Source: Candidatus Nanosynbacter sp. BB002
GTDB taxonomy: Bacteria > Patescibacteriota > Saccharimonadia > Saccharimonadales > Saccharimonadaceae
DNA: 32,000 nt
Direction: 5' to 3'
Assembly (NCBI RefSeq): GCF_037013405.1
Contig: NZ_CP146064.1
Coordinates: 330,001 to 362,000, forward strand
In this document: one piece after another, positions 9,240 to 17,706 of the stretch
Layout: each line of letters opens with the position of its first letter
Numbering within the stretch: position 1 is the first letter of the stretch
The notes under the pieces: model-generated
The model's input: only the letters and a program-made list of their open reading frames with translations
The model's database searches: none
What the model was told of the DNA's origin: nothing
Program-made: the position numbers and the translations under genes

Positions 9240-9263
9240 TAAAAAGTCTGTTTTTCACAGACT
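9240..9263 (-). terminator. Rho-independent terminator after the histidine kinase gene
   Basis: Stem agtctgt / acagact with a 5-nt loop, followed on the minus strand by TTTTT. Confidence 0.6.
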
Positions 9264-9314
9264 GTCAAGTATAGCTTAGCACAAAAAATGCATGCATTGC
9301 AAGTTTGAGCGGTA

Positions 9315-10526
9315 TTATCGCTTTTTGGCGGGCTTTGCCGGTGGCAGGCTGAAGCTGAAGGTTGATCCGTGATTGAGACGACTTTCCAGTTTGATGGTGC
9401 AGCCGAGCTTGCGGGCTAGCTTGGCCGCCACGTAGAGCCCTAGTCCAGTACCACTGGTTTCGCGCGTGCGGTAATCTTCGGCGCGGAAGAAGCGATCGAA
9501 AATCTTTTTCTGATCACTGCGCCCGATGCCGATGCCGGTGTCCTTGACGCCAAAGTAGACTTTGCCAGCGCTGCGCTTCATGATGAGGGTGACTGAGCCT
9601 TTTTGGGTGTATTTGATGGCGTTGGTGATGAAATTTTGCAATAATTCTTCAAGATATAGCCGAGACACATTGACATTGCCGACGCCTGCTCTAACGTCTA
9701 GGTTGAACGCCAATTTCTTTTCTGTTGCTTGCGGTTCGTATTCGTGGCGAAGCTTTTCAGCCAGTTCAGTGACGTTGATGAGCTCTGATTCATCAGCAAT
9801 ACCACGCTCCGCGCGAGACAGCGTGCTGAGGTCGTTGACGATGCGTGCCAGGAACATGATTTGTTTGTGGGCTTCGGCAAGCGAATCGTCTAATTTGTCA
9901 GTCATACCGCGGTGCATCATGAGCTGAACGTTGGAGAGCGATGCCTCGGCGATGGTGATGGGAGTGCGTAGTTCGTGGCTGATCACACTGATGAATTCAT
10001 CGCGCTCTTCTTCTAGACTTTTGACTCGCGTGATGTCGCGCAAAATGAGGACGTAGCCGTCCGAAGTGAGTGTGTCGCTGCCGCCCTGTACCGGCGCGAA
10101 AGTAGCTGACAGCCGCACGCGGTCACCGCCCTCAAGGGGCATGATGATGTCGTCGCGGGTACGAATGGCTGGCGATTTTCGCAACTCTTTGAATACAGGA
10201 ACTGGCTGTTTGTCGTTGGTTTCAAAATTTAATAACTCATCAATGTGTACGCCTTGGATGCTGGCGTTGGTGTCAAGTAGACTCAAAGCGGCGGCGTTGT
10301 AGAGGCCGATGATGCCGTGGGCATCCATGCTGATGATGGCGTCGGTGAGGTTGTTCACTAGTGTCAATACGCGGTCGCGTTCCAGCCGTTCACGGGAGCG
10401 ACTACGTCGTAGCTCTTGGCGTGACTGGTGTCGTCCACGATAGGCGATGACGACGACTGCTAGAAACATCAGCCATGATATGACAAGTAAAATAATGATG
10501 GCATAGATAAGATTCCCTCCCTGCAT
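9315..10526 (-). CDS. Membrane-anchored PAS sensor histidine kinase
   Basis: N-terminal TM helix, a PAS-like region, the H box SHELRTPIT, and a HATPase_c domain with N and G boxes (NAIKYT, DTGIGI, GTGLGL). Confidence 0.9.
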   Translation of the reverse strand: MQGGNLIYAIIILLVISWLMFLAVVVIAYRGRHQSRQELRRSRSRERLERDRVLTLVNNLTDAIISMDAHGIIGLYNAAALSLLDTNASIQGVHIDELLNFETNDKQPVPVFKELRKSPAIRTRDDIIMPLEGGDRVRLSATFAPVQGGSDTLTSDGYVLILRDITRVKSLEEERDEFISVISHELRTPITIAEASLSNVQLMMHRGMTDKLDDSLAEAHKQIMFLARIVNDLSTLSRAERGIADESELINVTELAEKLRHEYEPQATEKKLAFNLDVRAGVGNVNVSRLYLEELLQNFITNAIKYTQKGSVTLIMKRSAGKVYFGVKDTGIGIGRSDQKKIFDRFFRAEDYRTRETSGTGLGLYVAAKLARKLGCTIKLESRLNHGSTFSFSLPPAKPAKKR

Positions 10527-10533
10527 ATGTACC

Positions 10534-10542
10534 AGTATACCA
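10534..10542 (-). promoter_or_regulatory. Extended -10 TGGTATACT, leaderless promoter of the kinase gene
   Basis: The minus strand reads tggtatact-ggtacat-ATG, a 7-nt spacer to ATG 10526. Confidence 0.55.
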
Positions 10543-10548
10543 TAAGCA

Positions 10549-11235
10549 TTATACGTGTGGGGTGTATTTTTTCAGGGCGTCGCGGTGTCGTTTATAGTGC
10601 GGGTCGATGGCGGCGACCTCATGCCAAAATGCTTGCGAATGATTCATCTGGCGCGTGTGGCATAGTTCGTGGATGAGAACGTAGTCCAATAGTTCAAACG
10701 GTAGATTCATGAGGGCGATATTTAGACTGATAGTACCGTTTGAGGAACAACTGCCCCAGCGACTGGACGAGTGTGTGAGTCGAGTTTTGTCGTAATGAAA
10801 GCCGTGTTGCTCTGCTAAGAATTTGAGGCGGCGTGGCAGATAGCTTTTGGCTTCTTTGCGTAGGGCTTTGACGACATGGTCACGAATGGATTGTTGAAAC
10901 ATGGGGTCGGTGAAATCTTGCTCGTCCGTTACACTGACGATAATGGTGGTTCTGACGGTTTTGATAGCGGGTGCTCCCTGCTCCACTAGTAGGTTGTGAC
11001 TTTTACCAATTTGTTGAGGTGTACCGTATGGAAAATCACCTTGCTGTTCGGTGATGAGTTGGTGGATGCTGCGGCGTGACTGTTTGACGAGGAGTTTGGC
11101 GGAAGCTAGCGGTGCGTGAAGCGGCATGGTGATACGAATACGACCGTTTGGTGCGATACGCAAACTGACGCGACTGGCTAATGCGCGCCTGGTGACAGTG
11201 ATCTCGCCAAATTCAGAATCAGTGATGGTTGGCAT
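10549..11235 (-). CDS. YgjP-like (DUF45) zinc metallopeptidase
   Basis: RWGSCSSNGTISLN and the HExxH-type motif IHELCHTRQMNHSQAFW. GGAGGG Shine-Dalgarno sequence. Confidence 0.85.
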   Translation of the reverse strand: MPTITDSEFGEITVTRRALASRVSLRIAPNGRIRITMPLHAPLASAKLLVKQSRRSIHQLITEQQGDFPYGTPQQIGKSHNLLVEQGAPAIKTVRTTIIVSVTDEQDFTDPMFQQSIRDHVVKALRKEAKSYLPRRLKFLAEQHGFHYDKTRLTHSSSRWGSCSSNGTISLNIALMNLPFELLDYVLIHELCHTRQMNHSQAFWHEVAAIDPHYKRHRDALKKYTPHV

Positions 11236-11247
11236 CGAACCCTCCGT

Positions 11248-11802
11248 CTACTGTACGCGAACGCGCCCGCCAATTGACCGTGGCTGAGTACGTATAGAAG
11301 CAGCTGGACGGGTGGCGTCGCTGAGTTTTTTCAAAAGCGTCTTTGCCTGCGTATTGTAAGTGTGGCGGCCACTGATGACCATGTAAGGCTCGCTAGCGTG
11401 TGGTGGTGAGAAAGTTCGTAATTTCTGTTCGAACAGTGCTTCATCGCCGTTGTGTGAACGGAGCCATCTAGCTCTGGACATGGCAGGATCAGTCTGCACC
11501 CACACAAACAATGGCTTAAATCCAGCCTCACGAGCGACTTTGGCGATGTCGGAACGCCAAGCACGCTTTTCGGTGTTGCCGTCGAAAATGATTGTCTGTC
11601 TTGGCTTGAGTAACTCTCGAAGTAAGTCAACCGCAGTCTTGTGAATGAGCGCGTCATCACTCGACAATTCACGCAGCGTGTCACTGCTTAACATTGGCGC
11701 ATTGAACATTTTGGCAAATTCAGTCGCAAACTGTGTTTTTCCCGCCCCCGGTGCGCCGACCATGATAATCAAGTGCGGCGAAGATAACTGCAATGGTTTC
11801 AT
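11248..11802 (-). CDS. P-loop kinase (AAA_33 / zeta-toxin-like fold)
   Basis: Walker A motif MVGAPGAGKT near the N-terminus. Small size (184 aa). The start at 11802 is fixed by promoter geometry. Confidence 0.7.
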   Translation of the reverse strand: MKPLQLSSPHLIIMVGAPGAGKTQFATEFAKMFNAPMLSSDTLRELSSDDALIHKTAVDLLRELLKPRQTIIFDGNTEKRAWRSDIAKVAREAGFKPLFVWVQTDPAMSRARWLRSHNGDEALFEQKLRTFSPPHASEPYMVISGRHTYNTQAKTLLKKLSDATRPAASIRTQPRSIGGRVRVQ

Positions 11803-11808
11803 GAAATC

Positions 11809-11817
11809 AGTATACCA
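11809..11817 (-). promoter_or_regulatory. Extended -10 TGGTATACT, leaderless promoter of the P-loop kinase operon
   Basis: The minus strand reads tggtatact-gatttc-ATG, a 6-nt spacer. Confidence 0.55.
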
Positions 11818-11878
11818 CACGCCTGGTGAGAAAAAAACAGAGGGAAAACCTCTGCTATTTTATGGCTCTACGGCTCTA

Positions 11879-11954
11879 TGGCAGGGGAGACAGGACTCGA
11901 ACCTGCGACACCCGGTTTTGGAGACCGGTGCTCTACCAACTGAGCTACTCCCCT
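11879..11954 (-). tRNA. tRNA-Trp (anticodon CCA), 3' CCA encoded
   Basis: Folded manually into a cloverleaf. Acceptor aggggag/ctcccct, anticodon stem ccggt/accgg, loop cuCCAaa, T loop ttcgagt. Confidence 0.95.
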
Positions 11955-12071
11955 GTGTCTTGGCGTTATTTTACATGATTTTTCCGTCCTCGGCAACTCA
12001 TTTTGGGTGATTTGAGGAGGCTATCTGACAGGTCGCTGCGTGAAATACTCCTGAAAAACCGTGAAAAACTA

Positions 12072-12100
12072 TTGAAAAAACATAAGCATCGTTTTATGAT
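12072..12100 (+). promoter_or_regulatory. Sigma-70-like promoter TTGAAA-17-TATGAT upstream of the glycosyltransferase gene
   Basis: Hexamers at 12072-12077 and 12095-12100. ATG 12112 lies 11 nt after the -10 box, so the leader is very short. Confidence 0.4.
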
Positions 12101-12111
12101 AAATAGTAGGT

Positions 12112-13323
12112 ATGAAAATATTGATGCTTGGGTGGGAATTACCTCCGCATAATAGCGGAGGGTTAGGCGTCGCATGTTATCAGATGTCACGGGCACTAGC
12201 TGACTGTGGTGTGGATATTGATTTTGTTGTGCCCTACTCCGCTGAGCATCCGAATATTGATTTCATGAATGTGCACGCAGCGACGCACTTGGAAGCCTCA
12301 AAAGATGGCTTTGGTGCCTATGATGATTTGGGCACTTCGGACAAGCAAGCGCATGATTGCGGGCTGGGCGGTATGCGGGCGGTGCAGCGACGATATAACT
12401 GCTTTGTGAAAGAATTTGTCAAACAGCATCCTCCAGATGCTATTCACGCTCACGACTGGTTAACCATGGAAGCGGGCATCATCGCTAAACAGCAGTGTAA
12501 TGCGCCGTTGATCGTGCATGTGCATGCGACCGAATTTGACCGTTCTGGTGAGAATGAAGGCAATCCATTGGTACATGAAATCGAGCAGCAAGGGTTGTTG
12601 ATGGCTGACCGAATCATCGCCGTGAGCCACATCACCAAAGATATCATTGTCAAGAATTATCATATTCCACCAGAGAAAATCGAAGTTGTCTACAATGCCA
12701 TTGACCTGGATGAACTGCCACCACACGAATACGACCAAGGCACCTATCAATACTTGGAAGACCTGAAAAAAGAAGGCTATATCATCGTTGGCGCATTGAC
12801 CAGGTTGACAGTGCAAAAAGGTTTGACCTATCTGATTCGGGCGGTGGCTGAGGCCATAAAGCAGCATCAGAAAATTGCGTTACTGCTGAGTGGTAGTGGC
12901 GAGCAGCGCGACGAACTGGTTGCTTTGGCAGCGCACCTGGGCATTAGTGACAAAGTGGTCTTTACGGGTTTTGTGCGCGGTCGGCAGTGGCGCGATGCCT
13001 ATCATCTGATCGACGTATTTGTCATGAGTTCAGTGTCAGAACCGTTTGGACTGACGGCGTTAGAAGCGGCGCATCATGACACAGCACTACTCATCAGTCG
13101 CCAGTCTGGCGTCGGCGAAGTGCTGCACAACATTTTACGATTTGACTATTGGGATACTAACAAATTGGCACGACAAATTGTCATGCTGGCGCGCTCGCCT
13201 GCTCTTTTGAAAATTCTCAAGGAGGATGTGAAAACAGAATATGCCCAACTGTCCTGGCATGACGCGGCTCAGCATTGTTTGAAATTGTACGAGCAGGCTC
13301 GAATAAAAGGCGGTGGTGCATGA
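12112..13323 (+). CDS. Glycogen-synthase-like glycosyltransferase (GT4/GT5 fold)
   Basis: N-terminal MKILMLGWELPPHNSGGLGVACY motif and an E-x7-E motif (SEPFGLTALEAA). Confidence 0.85.
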   Translation: MKILMLGWELPPHNSGGLGVACYQMSRALADCGVDIDFVVPYSAEHPNIDFMNVHAATHLEASKDGFGAYDDLGTSDKQAHDCGLGGMRAVQRRYNCFVKEFVKQHPPDAIHAHDWLTMEAGIIAKQQCNAPLIVHVHATEFDRSGENEGNPLVHEIEQQGLLMADRIIAVSHITKDIIVKNYHIPPEKIEVVYNAIDLDELPPHEYDQGTYQYLEDLKKEGYIIVGALTRLTVQKGLTYLIRAVAEAIKQHQKIALLLSGSGEQRDELVALAAHLGISDKVVFTGFVRGRQWRDAYHLIDVFVMSSVSEPFGLTALEAAHHDTALLISRQSGVGEVLHNILRFDYWDTNKLARQIVMLARSPALLKILKEDVKTEYAQLSWHDAAQHCLKLYEQARIKGGGA

Positions 13324-14516
13324 GCCGTCCAGCGATTACCCTGTACTTGCACGCCCACCAGCCATGGCGCGTTCGCAGTTATGGTGCACTCGATACAGCA
13401 AATCGTCATGATTATTTCAGTGGTGACGGCGACCAGGATAATAAAGAGATTTTTCTGAAAGTAGCCAACAAATCGTACCGACCGATGAACGCACTGCTGG
13501 AAAAGTTGTTACATGAACATCCAGGGTTTTGTTTGTCACTGAGTCTGTCTGGAGTATTTTTGGAGCAAGCTGAGCAGTTTGCGCCAGATGTGATTGAGAG
13601 TTTTCAGCGACTCGTGAAAACAGGACGCGTGGAGCTACTGGCTAGTCCTTATCATCACAGCCTGGCCTTTTTCTACGATCAGTCTGAATTTGAGAAACAA
13701 GTTGCTCTCCATGCTGAGAAAATCAAGCGACTATTTGGTGTCTCGCCTAGAGTGTTGGCAAACACTGAGTTGGCATACAATGATGAGCTTGGGGCCTGGG
13801 CGGAAGCACACGGGTATGACGGTGTGCTGGCTGAAGGCTGGGACAAAGTGCTGGGTTGGCGCAGCCCAAATTATGTCTATCAACCAAAAGGCGCCACGCA
13901 CACAAGGTTACTCCTAAAGAACTATCGCTTGAGTGACGACATTGCCTTTCGGTTCAGCAACAAAAAGTGGAGTGGCTGGCCACTGACGGCTGAAACCTAC
14001 AGTTCATGGCTTACAGCATCGGGCGGCCCATTGGTCAATTTGTTCATGGACTATGAAACGTTTGGCGAACACCAGTGGAAAGAACACGGTATTTTCACCT
14101 TCTTTGAGCGGTTTGTTGGGAAATGGATAACAGCTGGCGGTCAGTTTAATACGGTGTCGCAAGCTCTATCGAACGCACCAGTCGGAGAGATCAGTATGCC
14201 AGAGACGGTGACTTGGGCTGACAGCGAGAGAGATTTGACGGCTTGGAATGGCAATGCTTTGCAACAAGAAGCTCTGCGCTATGTGTATCAGCTGGCGCCG
14301 CGAGTACTGGCGTCTGGTGATTCTCAATTGATCAGCGATTGGCGTAATTTGCAAACCTCTGATCATTACTACTACATGTGCACCAAGTGGTCGTCTGATG
14401 GCGATGTTCACGCCTATTTCAGCCCGTATAGCTCACCATATGAAGCTTCGTTGTATGTGATGAATGCCTTGCGGGATATCTATTGGCGCTCGAGGCATGC
14501 TCGCCCAATAACATAA
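13320..14516 (+). CDS. Glycoside hydrolase family 57 (alpha-glucan-active enzyme)
   Basis: LHAHQPWRV, ANTELAYN and DYETFGEHQW regions are typical of GH57. The start ATG overlaps the upstream stop (ATGA at 13320-13323). Confidence 0.85.
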   Translation: MSRPAITLYLHAHQPWRVRSYGALDTANRHDYFSGDGDQDNKEIFLKVANKSYRPMNALLEKLLHEHPGFCLSLSLSGVFLEQAEQFAPDVIESFQRLVKTGRVELLASPYHHSLAFFYDQSEFEKQVALHAEKIKRLFGVSPRVLANTELAYNDELGAWAEAHGYDGVLAEGWDKVLGWRSPNYVYQPKGATHTRLLLKNYRLSDDIAFRFSNKKWSGWPLTAETYSSWLTASGGPLVNLFMDYETFGEHQWKEHGIFTFFERFVGKWITAGGQFNTVSQALSNAPVGEISMPETVTWADSERDLTAWNGNALQQEALRYVYQLAPRVLASGDSQLISDWRNLQTSDHYYYMCTKWSSDGDVHAYFSPYSSPYEASLYVMNALRDIYWRSRHARPIT

Positions 14517-14544
14517 AACCCACGGTTATATACGTGGGTTTTTA
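14515..14544. terminator. Bidirectional terminator between the GH57 gene and rpmG
   Basis: aaaacccacg / cgtgggtttt stem with A/T runs on both sides. It lies between convergent genes. Confidence 0.7.
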
Positions 14545-14564
14545 ATGATATGCGCGATAAGAAA

Positions 14565-14783
14565 CTAGCTTTTACGAGCTTTAACTTCGTTGCGACCAAG
14601 ATTTTTCTTGGTTTCGGTATAGGTTGCGTGCTCGCGAGCAATTGGGTCGTATTTACGCAGCGTCAACCTACCTTGACCTTTGGTAGTGCGGTTCTGTGTA
14701 TTGATTGTCGTGTAGTAAGTTCGGTGCTTGCTTTTGTTGCTCACCAAAGCGATCAACTTGCGTTTCGTATTCTTCTTTGCCAT
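14565..14783 (-). CDS. rpmG: 50S ribosomal protein L33 (Cys-less form, C-terminal extension)
   Basis: The pattern KLIALVSNKSKHRTYYTTINTQN...LTLRKYDPIAREHATYTETK matches L33. It has no Cys residues. At 72 aa it is longer than the usual ~50-55 aa. Confidence 0.85.
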   Translation of the reverse strand: MAKKNTKRKLIALVSNKSKHRTYYTTINTQNRTTKGQGRLTLRKYDPIAREHATYTETKKNLGRNEVKARKS

Positions 14784-14958
14784 AGTTTCCCTTTAACAAT
14801 TTGTACTTAAACTTCGATTATACAATATAACAGATTATGCAAATTAGTTCAAGCAATTATCAAATGTTCATTCATTGTGCTTCTGTAAAATATATGATAC
14901 GGTAGTAATAGTAAGATATAACGCATCAGGTGGAGATGATGCAGTAAGGAGTGAGGGT

Positions 14959-16536
14959 ATGGCTAGACAGTCGTGGAAAATATATGTAGCTCGCTTGAAG
15001 CAAGCAGTGACGACATCAAAACAGGCAACCGTAAAACATTTGGGCATCGGTATGATGGTGATGGCTATGGTGCTGCAGTCGGTAGTCTTCTTCCAGGATT
15101 ATGCGCAAGCCGCATCAGACGACATGATCCAAGGCGGTGTCGGCAGCAAAGAAGCAATTTTGGCGCATTATGACAAAAATACCAACAATTTCCGCGACGT
15201 ACTAACCTATAACGGTATCACTAGAGCAGAATTGGCGAATATTTCTAGCACCAAGGTGCGTTATGAGGTTGACTCTTCTGCTCAGTCATGGGGTTGGACT
15301 TCACGGTTTTCTGAAGCTCAGGGTCAAAAAGCCCACACGGTTGCCGGACGTACCATTTACTCCCGTCCGCAGAAGTTATGGGACAGTAGTTGGTACATGG
15401 GTTGGGAAGGTAGTTCGGCCACCCGAGGCAAATTCCGCATCATGTCTTCTTGTGGTAACTTGTTGACCTATAGCGTACCGCAGGCTGTTCCAGTGACGCC
15501 AACGCCACAACCAAAGCCAACACCGCAGCCGCAACCGCAACCAGTTGCCACTTGTGACAACCTGACTATTACTCAACTGTCACGCAATCGCTACCATATG
15601 AGTGCTAAAGCATCAGCTAAAAATGGTGCCACCATCCAGTCAATCCACATCAGGGTGTATGACCCATCAGGCAAACTTGTCGACGCTGGTGGTGTAGCTG
15701 GCGATCAGACTGGTATGGGTGTTGAACTCAAGACGCCGGGTACATACAAAGTTCAAGCAACAGCAGTTACCAGTATCGGTGAAGTAACCAGTCCTAACTG
15801 TGCCGGCAGCTTTACCATCACTGAGGAAAACAAACCAGAAGAACCAAAGCCGTCAGTCAGCATCACAAAAACAGTTAACAAACAAGAACATGTCAAAGTG
15901 GCAGTCAACAGTGATTTCACCTATGAAATTACCGTTAAAAACACTGGCAAAACAGATCTGAAAGATGTTGTCGTCAGTGACACTGCACCAAAAGAAGTGA
16001 CGCTGTCAAACAGCAGTGCTGGTAAGATTGATGGCGGTAAGTGGACGCACACCATCGCTAACTTGCCTGCTGGTCAATCACAAACATTCTCTTTGGCGGC
16101 TAAGTACGCGAAGTTCGTTGAGGGCAAGCACAAGAACACTGTTTGTGTCGACACGCCGACCATCACTGGCTCTCCAGATGCTTGTGATGATGCGACAACC
16201 GAAACGTACACAGTAACGACACCTCCAGCAAATCCACCAACTCAACCAACACCAACACCACCAACTGAGCCAAATAAGCCAACGCAGCCGACACCTACGC
16301 CATCAGTACCGAATGAGCCGAATAAGCCGACACCGACTGAGCCGACTACACCACCAACTACCAATCAAACCACGCCTCCTGCTGCCACGCCGCAGCCACA
16401 GCCAACTCCTACCGCGCCAACCACTAAGGAATTGCCTCTCACTGGTACTCTGAACACCGCTAGCGGCATCTTGGGGCTTGGCGGACTGGTGAGCGTAACG
16501 TGCGCTTATGTGATGAGCCGTCGCAGCTTGCGCTAA
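14959..16536 (+). CDS. Sortase-anchored (LPLTG) cell-surface protein with Ig-like/DUF11-like domains and Pro/Thr stalks
   Basis: The start at MARQSW has AAGGAG upstream. It has a signal/anchor helix. The segment VSITKTVNKQEHVKVAVNSDFTYEITVKNTGKTDLKDVVVSD is DUF11/CARDB-like. LPLTG at 16432-16446 is followed by a hydrophobic helix and an RRSLR tail. Confidence 0.8.
   Translation: MARQSWKIYVARLKQAVTTSKQATVKHLGIGMMVMAMVLQSVVFFQDYAQAASDDMIQGGVGSKEAILAHYDKNTNNFRDVLTYNGITRAELANISSTKVRYEVDSSAQSWGWTSRFSEAQGQKAHTVAGRTIYSRPQKLWDSSWYMGWEGSSATRGKFRIMSSCGNLLTYSVPQAVPVTPTPQPKPTPQPQPQPVATCDNLTITQLSRNRYHMSAKASAKNGATIQSIHIRVYDPSGKLVDAGGVAGDQTGMGVELKTPGTYKVQATAVTSIGEVTSPNCAGSFTITEENKPEEPKPSVSITKTVNKQEHVKVAVNSDFTYEITVKNTGKTDLKDVVVSDTAPKEVTLSNSSAGKIDGGKWTHTIANLPAGQSQTFSLAAKYAKFVEGKHKNTVCVDTPTITGSPDACDDATTETYTVTTPPANPPTQPTPTPPTEPNKPTQPTPTPSVPNEPNKPTPTEPTTPPTTNQTTPPAATPQPQPTPTAPTTKELPLTGTLNTASGILGLGGLVSVTCAYVMSRRSLR
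16216..16425 (+). repeat. Coding Pro/Thr-rich low-complexity stalk with imperfect EPNKPT-TPTP repeats
   Basis: PPANPPTQPTPTPPTEPNKPTQPTPTPSVPNEPNKPTPTEPTTPPTT...PQPQPTPTAPTT. A shorter PT/PQ tract lies at 15491-15546. Confidence 0.7.
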
Positions 16537-16562
16537 TCTGCAAATAACAAATAACTACGATA

Positions 16563-16592
16563 AAATCCGCGCCACAGAACCGGCGCGGATTT
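16563..16592. terminator. Bidirectional terminator between the surface-protein gene and yajQ
   Basis: aaatccgcgcc / ggcgcggattt stem flanked by A and T runs. It lies between convergent genes. Confidence 0.75.
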
Positions 16593-16611
16593 ATTGTTGG
16601 TGGGCGAACAG

Positions 16612-17106
16612 TTACCGATAGTTACCAAAGCTTAGTGGAAAATCAAAATCTGCTTGATTGAGCGTCGTCATGACGGATTGCAGTTCATCTTTGCTGTTTG
16701 AGGTGCAGCGCACGCTGTCGCCTTGAATCTGGGTTTTTACCTTGGGGTGTGCTTCTTTCAGGAGCTTGGTAATCTTTTTGGCGTTTTCTTGGCTGAGGCC
16801 GTCTTTGAACGGCACATCTTGCCAGGCGCGCATATTGGCGGCATTGTGCGCCCCGCCAAGGTCGAGCACCTTGCTGGTCATGTTGCGTTTGGCGAGCTGC
16901 CGACCGATCATATCAATGATTGATTGCACCTGAAATTCATCTGCGCCGATGACCTTAAAGCCCTTTTTATCTGGCAGCCACTCGACATCAGCTGGCGTCC
17001 CCTTAAAATCAAAGCGGTTGGCAATTTCCCGCACGACTAACTGATGAACGTTATTCATCTCTGGCTTATTAAACGTACTTTCTATATCAAAACTAAATTG
17101 AGCCAT
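16612..17106 (-). CDS. yajQ: YajQ-family nucleotide-binding protein (UPF0234)
   Basis: The MAQFSFDIES...NRFDFKG N-terminus and the 164-aa length are typical of YajQ. AGGAGG Shine-Dalgarno sequence, with TGCTATAAT further upstream. Confidence 0.85.
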   Translation of the reverse strand: MAQFSFDIESTFNKPEMNNVHQLVVREIANRFDFKGTPADVEWLPDKKGFKVIGADEFQVQSIIDMIGRQLAKRNMTSKVLDLGGAHNAANMRAWQDVPFKDGLSQENAKKITKLLKEAHPKVKTQIQGDSVRCTSNSKDELQSVMTTLNQADFDFPLSFGNYR

Positions 17107-17157
17107 AATTCCTCCTGGTAATTATTATAGCAAACGCTTTTCACTGAGAGGATAATT

Positions 17158-17166
17158 TGGTATAAT
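17158..17166 (+). promoter_or_regulatory. Extended -10 TGGTATAAT upstream of tRNA-Thr(GGU)
   Basis: TGgTATAAT lies 16 nt before the mature tRNA 5' end. Confidence 0.5.
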
Positions 17167-17182
17167 CAGCTGTGAGTATGAC

Positions 17183-17258
17183 GCCGCGATAGCTCAGTTG
17201 GTAGAGCGCATCCATGGTAAGGATGAGGTCTCGGGTTCAAGCCCCGATCGTGGCTCCA
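17183..17258 (+). tRNA. tRNA-Thr (anticodon GGT), 3' CCA encoded
   Basis: Cloverleaf with acceptor gccgcga/tcgtggc, anticodon stem catcc/ggatg, loop atGGTaa and T loop ttcaagc. Confidence 0.95.
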
Positions 17259-17270
17259 TGTTGATTTTGT

Positions 17271-17299
17271 AAAAAGGCCGCTGTATGAGCGACCTTTTT
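17271..17299. terminator. Hairpin terminator between tRNA-Thr and the convergent small gene
   Basis: aaaaaggccgc / gcgaccttttt stem with one mismatch, flanked by A and T runs. Confidence 0.5.
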
Positions 17300-17318
17300 G
17301 TTTGTAACTTGTACGAGC

Positions 17319-17603
17319 TTATTTTTTGCTTCGTTTGGTTGTCTTTTTGGCTTCGTGCTTTGGTAAGATTGGCGCGATGAATGCGTCCAGTAGTGCCCAG
17401 ACGATGCCGTTGAAGATGTATACGACAGCGGTAAAGGCAGCGATGATCATGAGTACGCGTCCGAAGTCGCTGTTTAACAGAGACAGAAAGCCTGCTACGA
17501 CTGCCAGTGAGATGATGATCAGGAAATACGCCTGTTGTAGTTTGGTGCGCTGGTTTTTGTTGCTATTCCATTCGGTTAAGAATTGTTTGAATAATAAGAA
17601 CAT
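17319..17603 (-). CDS. Small two-TM membrane protein
   Basis: 94 aa with two hydrophobic helices and a Lys-rich tail. The ATG lies exactly 6 nt after an extended -10 box. Confidence 0.5.
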   Translation of the reverse strand: MFLLFKQFLTEWNSNKNQRTKLQQAYFLIIISLAVVAGFLSLLNSDFGRVLMIIAAFTAVVYIFNGIVWALLDAFIAPILPKHEAKKTTKRSKK

Positions 17604-17609
17604 GACTAG

Positions 17610-17618
17610 ATTATAGCA
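17610..17618 (-). promoter_or_regulatory. Extended -10 TGCTATAAT, leaderless promoter of the 17319-17603 gene
   Basis: The minus strand reads tgctataat-ctagtc-ATG. Confidence 0.55.
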
Positions 17619-17706
17619 TGTATATTGTATTTAGTCAATGGATAGAGGTCTACTTGACGGAATTATGGGCAATCAAAAACCGCCTCTTGATGAGCCGGTG
17701 TTTGAT

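Noticed and set aside
11645-12010. 121-aa plus-strand ORF spanning the tRNA-Trp locus
   Set aside because: It reads antisense through the start of the P-loop kinase gene and straight across a well-folded tRNA gene, so it is an artefact.
14550-14810. 86-aa plus-strand ORF
   Set aside because: It is antisense to the clearly recognisable L33 gene.
15491-16425. Short tandem-like repeats considered as a possible CRISPR array or satellite
   Set aside because: They are in-frame Pro/Thr/Gln codon repeats inside the LPLTG protein. They have no repeat-spacer periodicity and no cas genes nearby.
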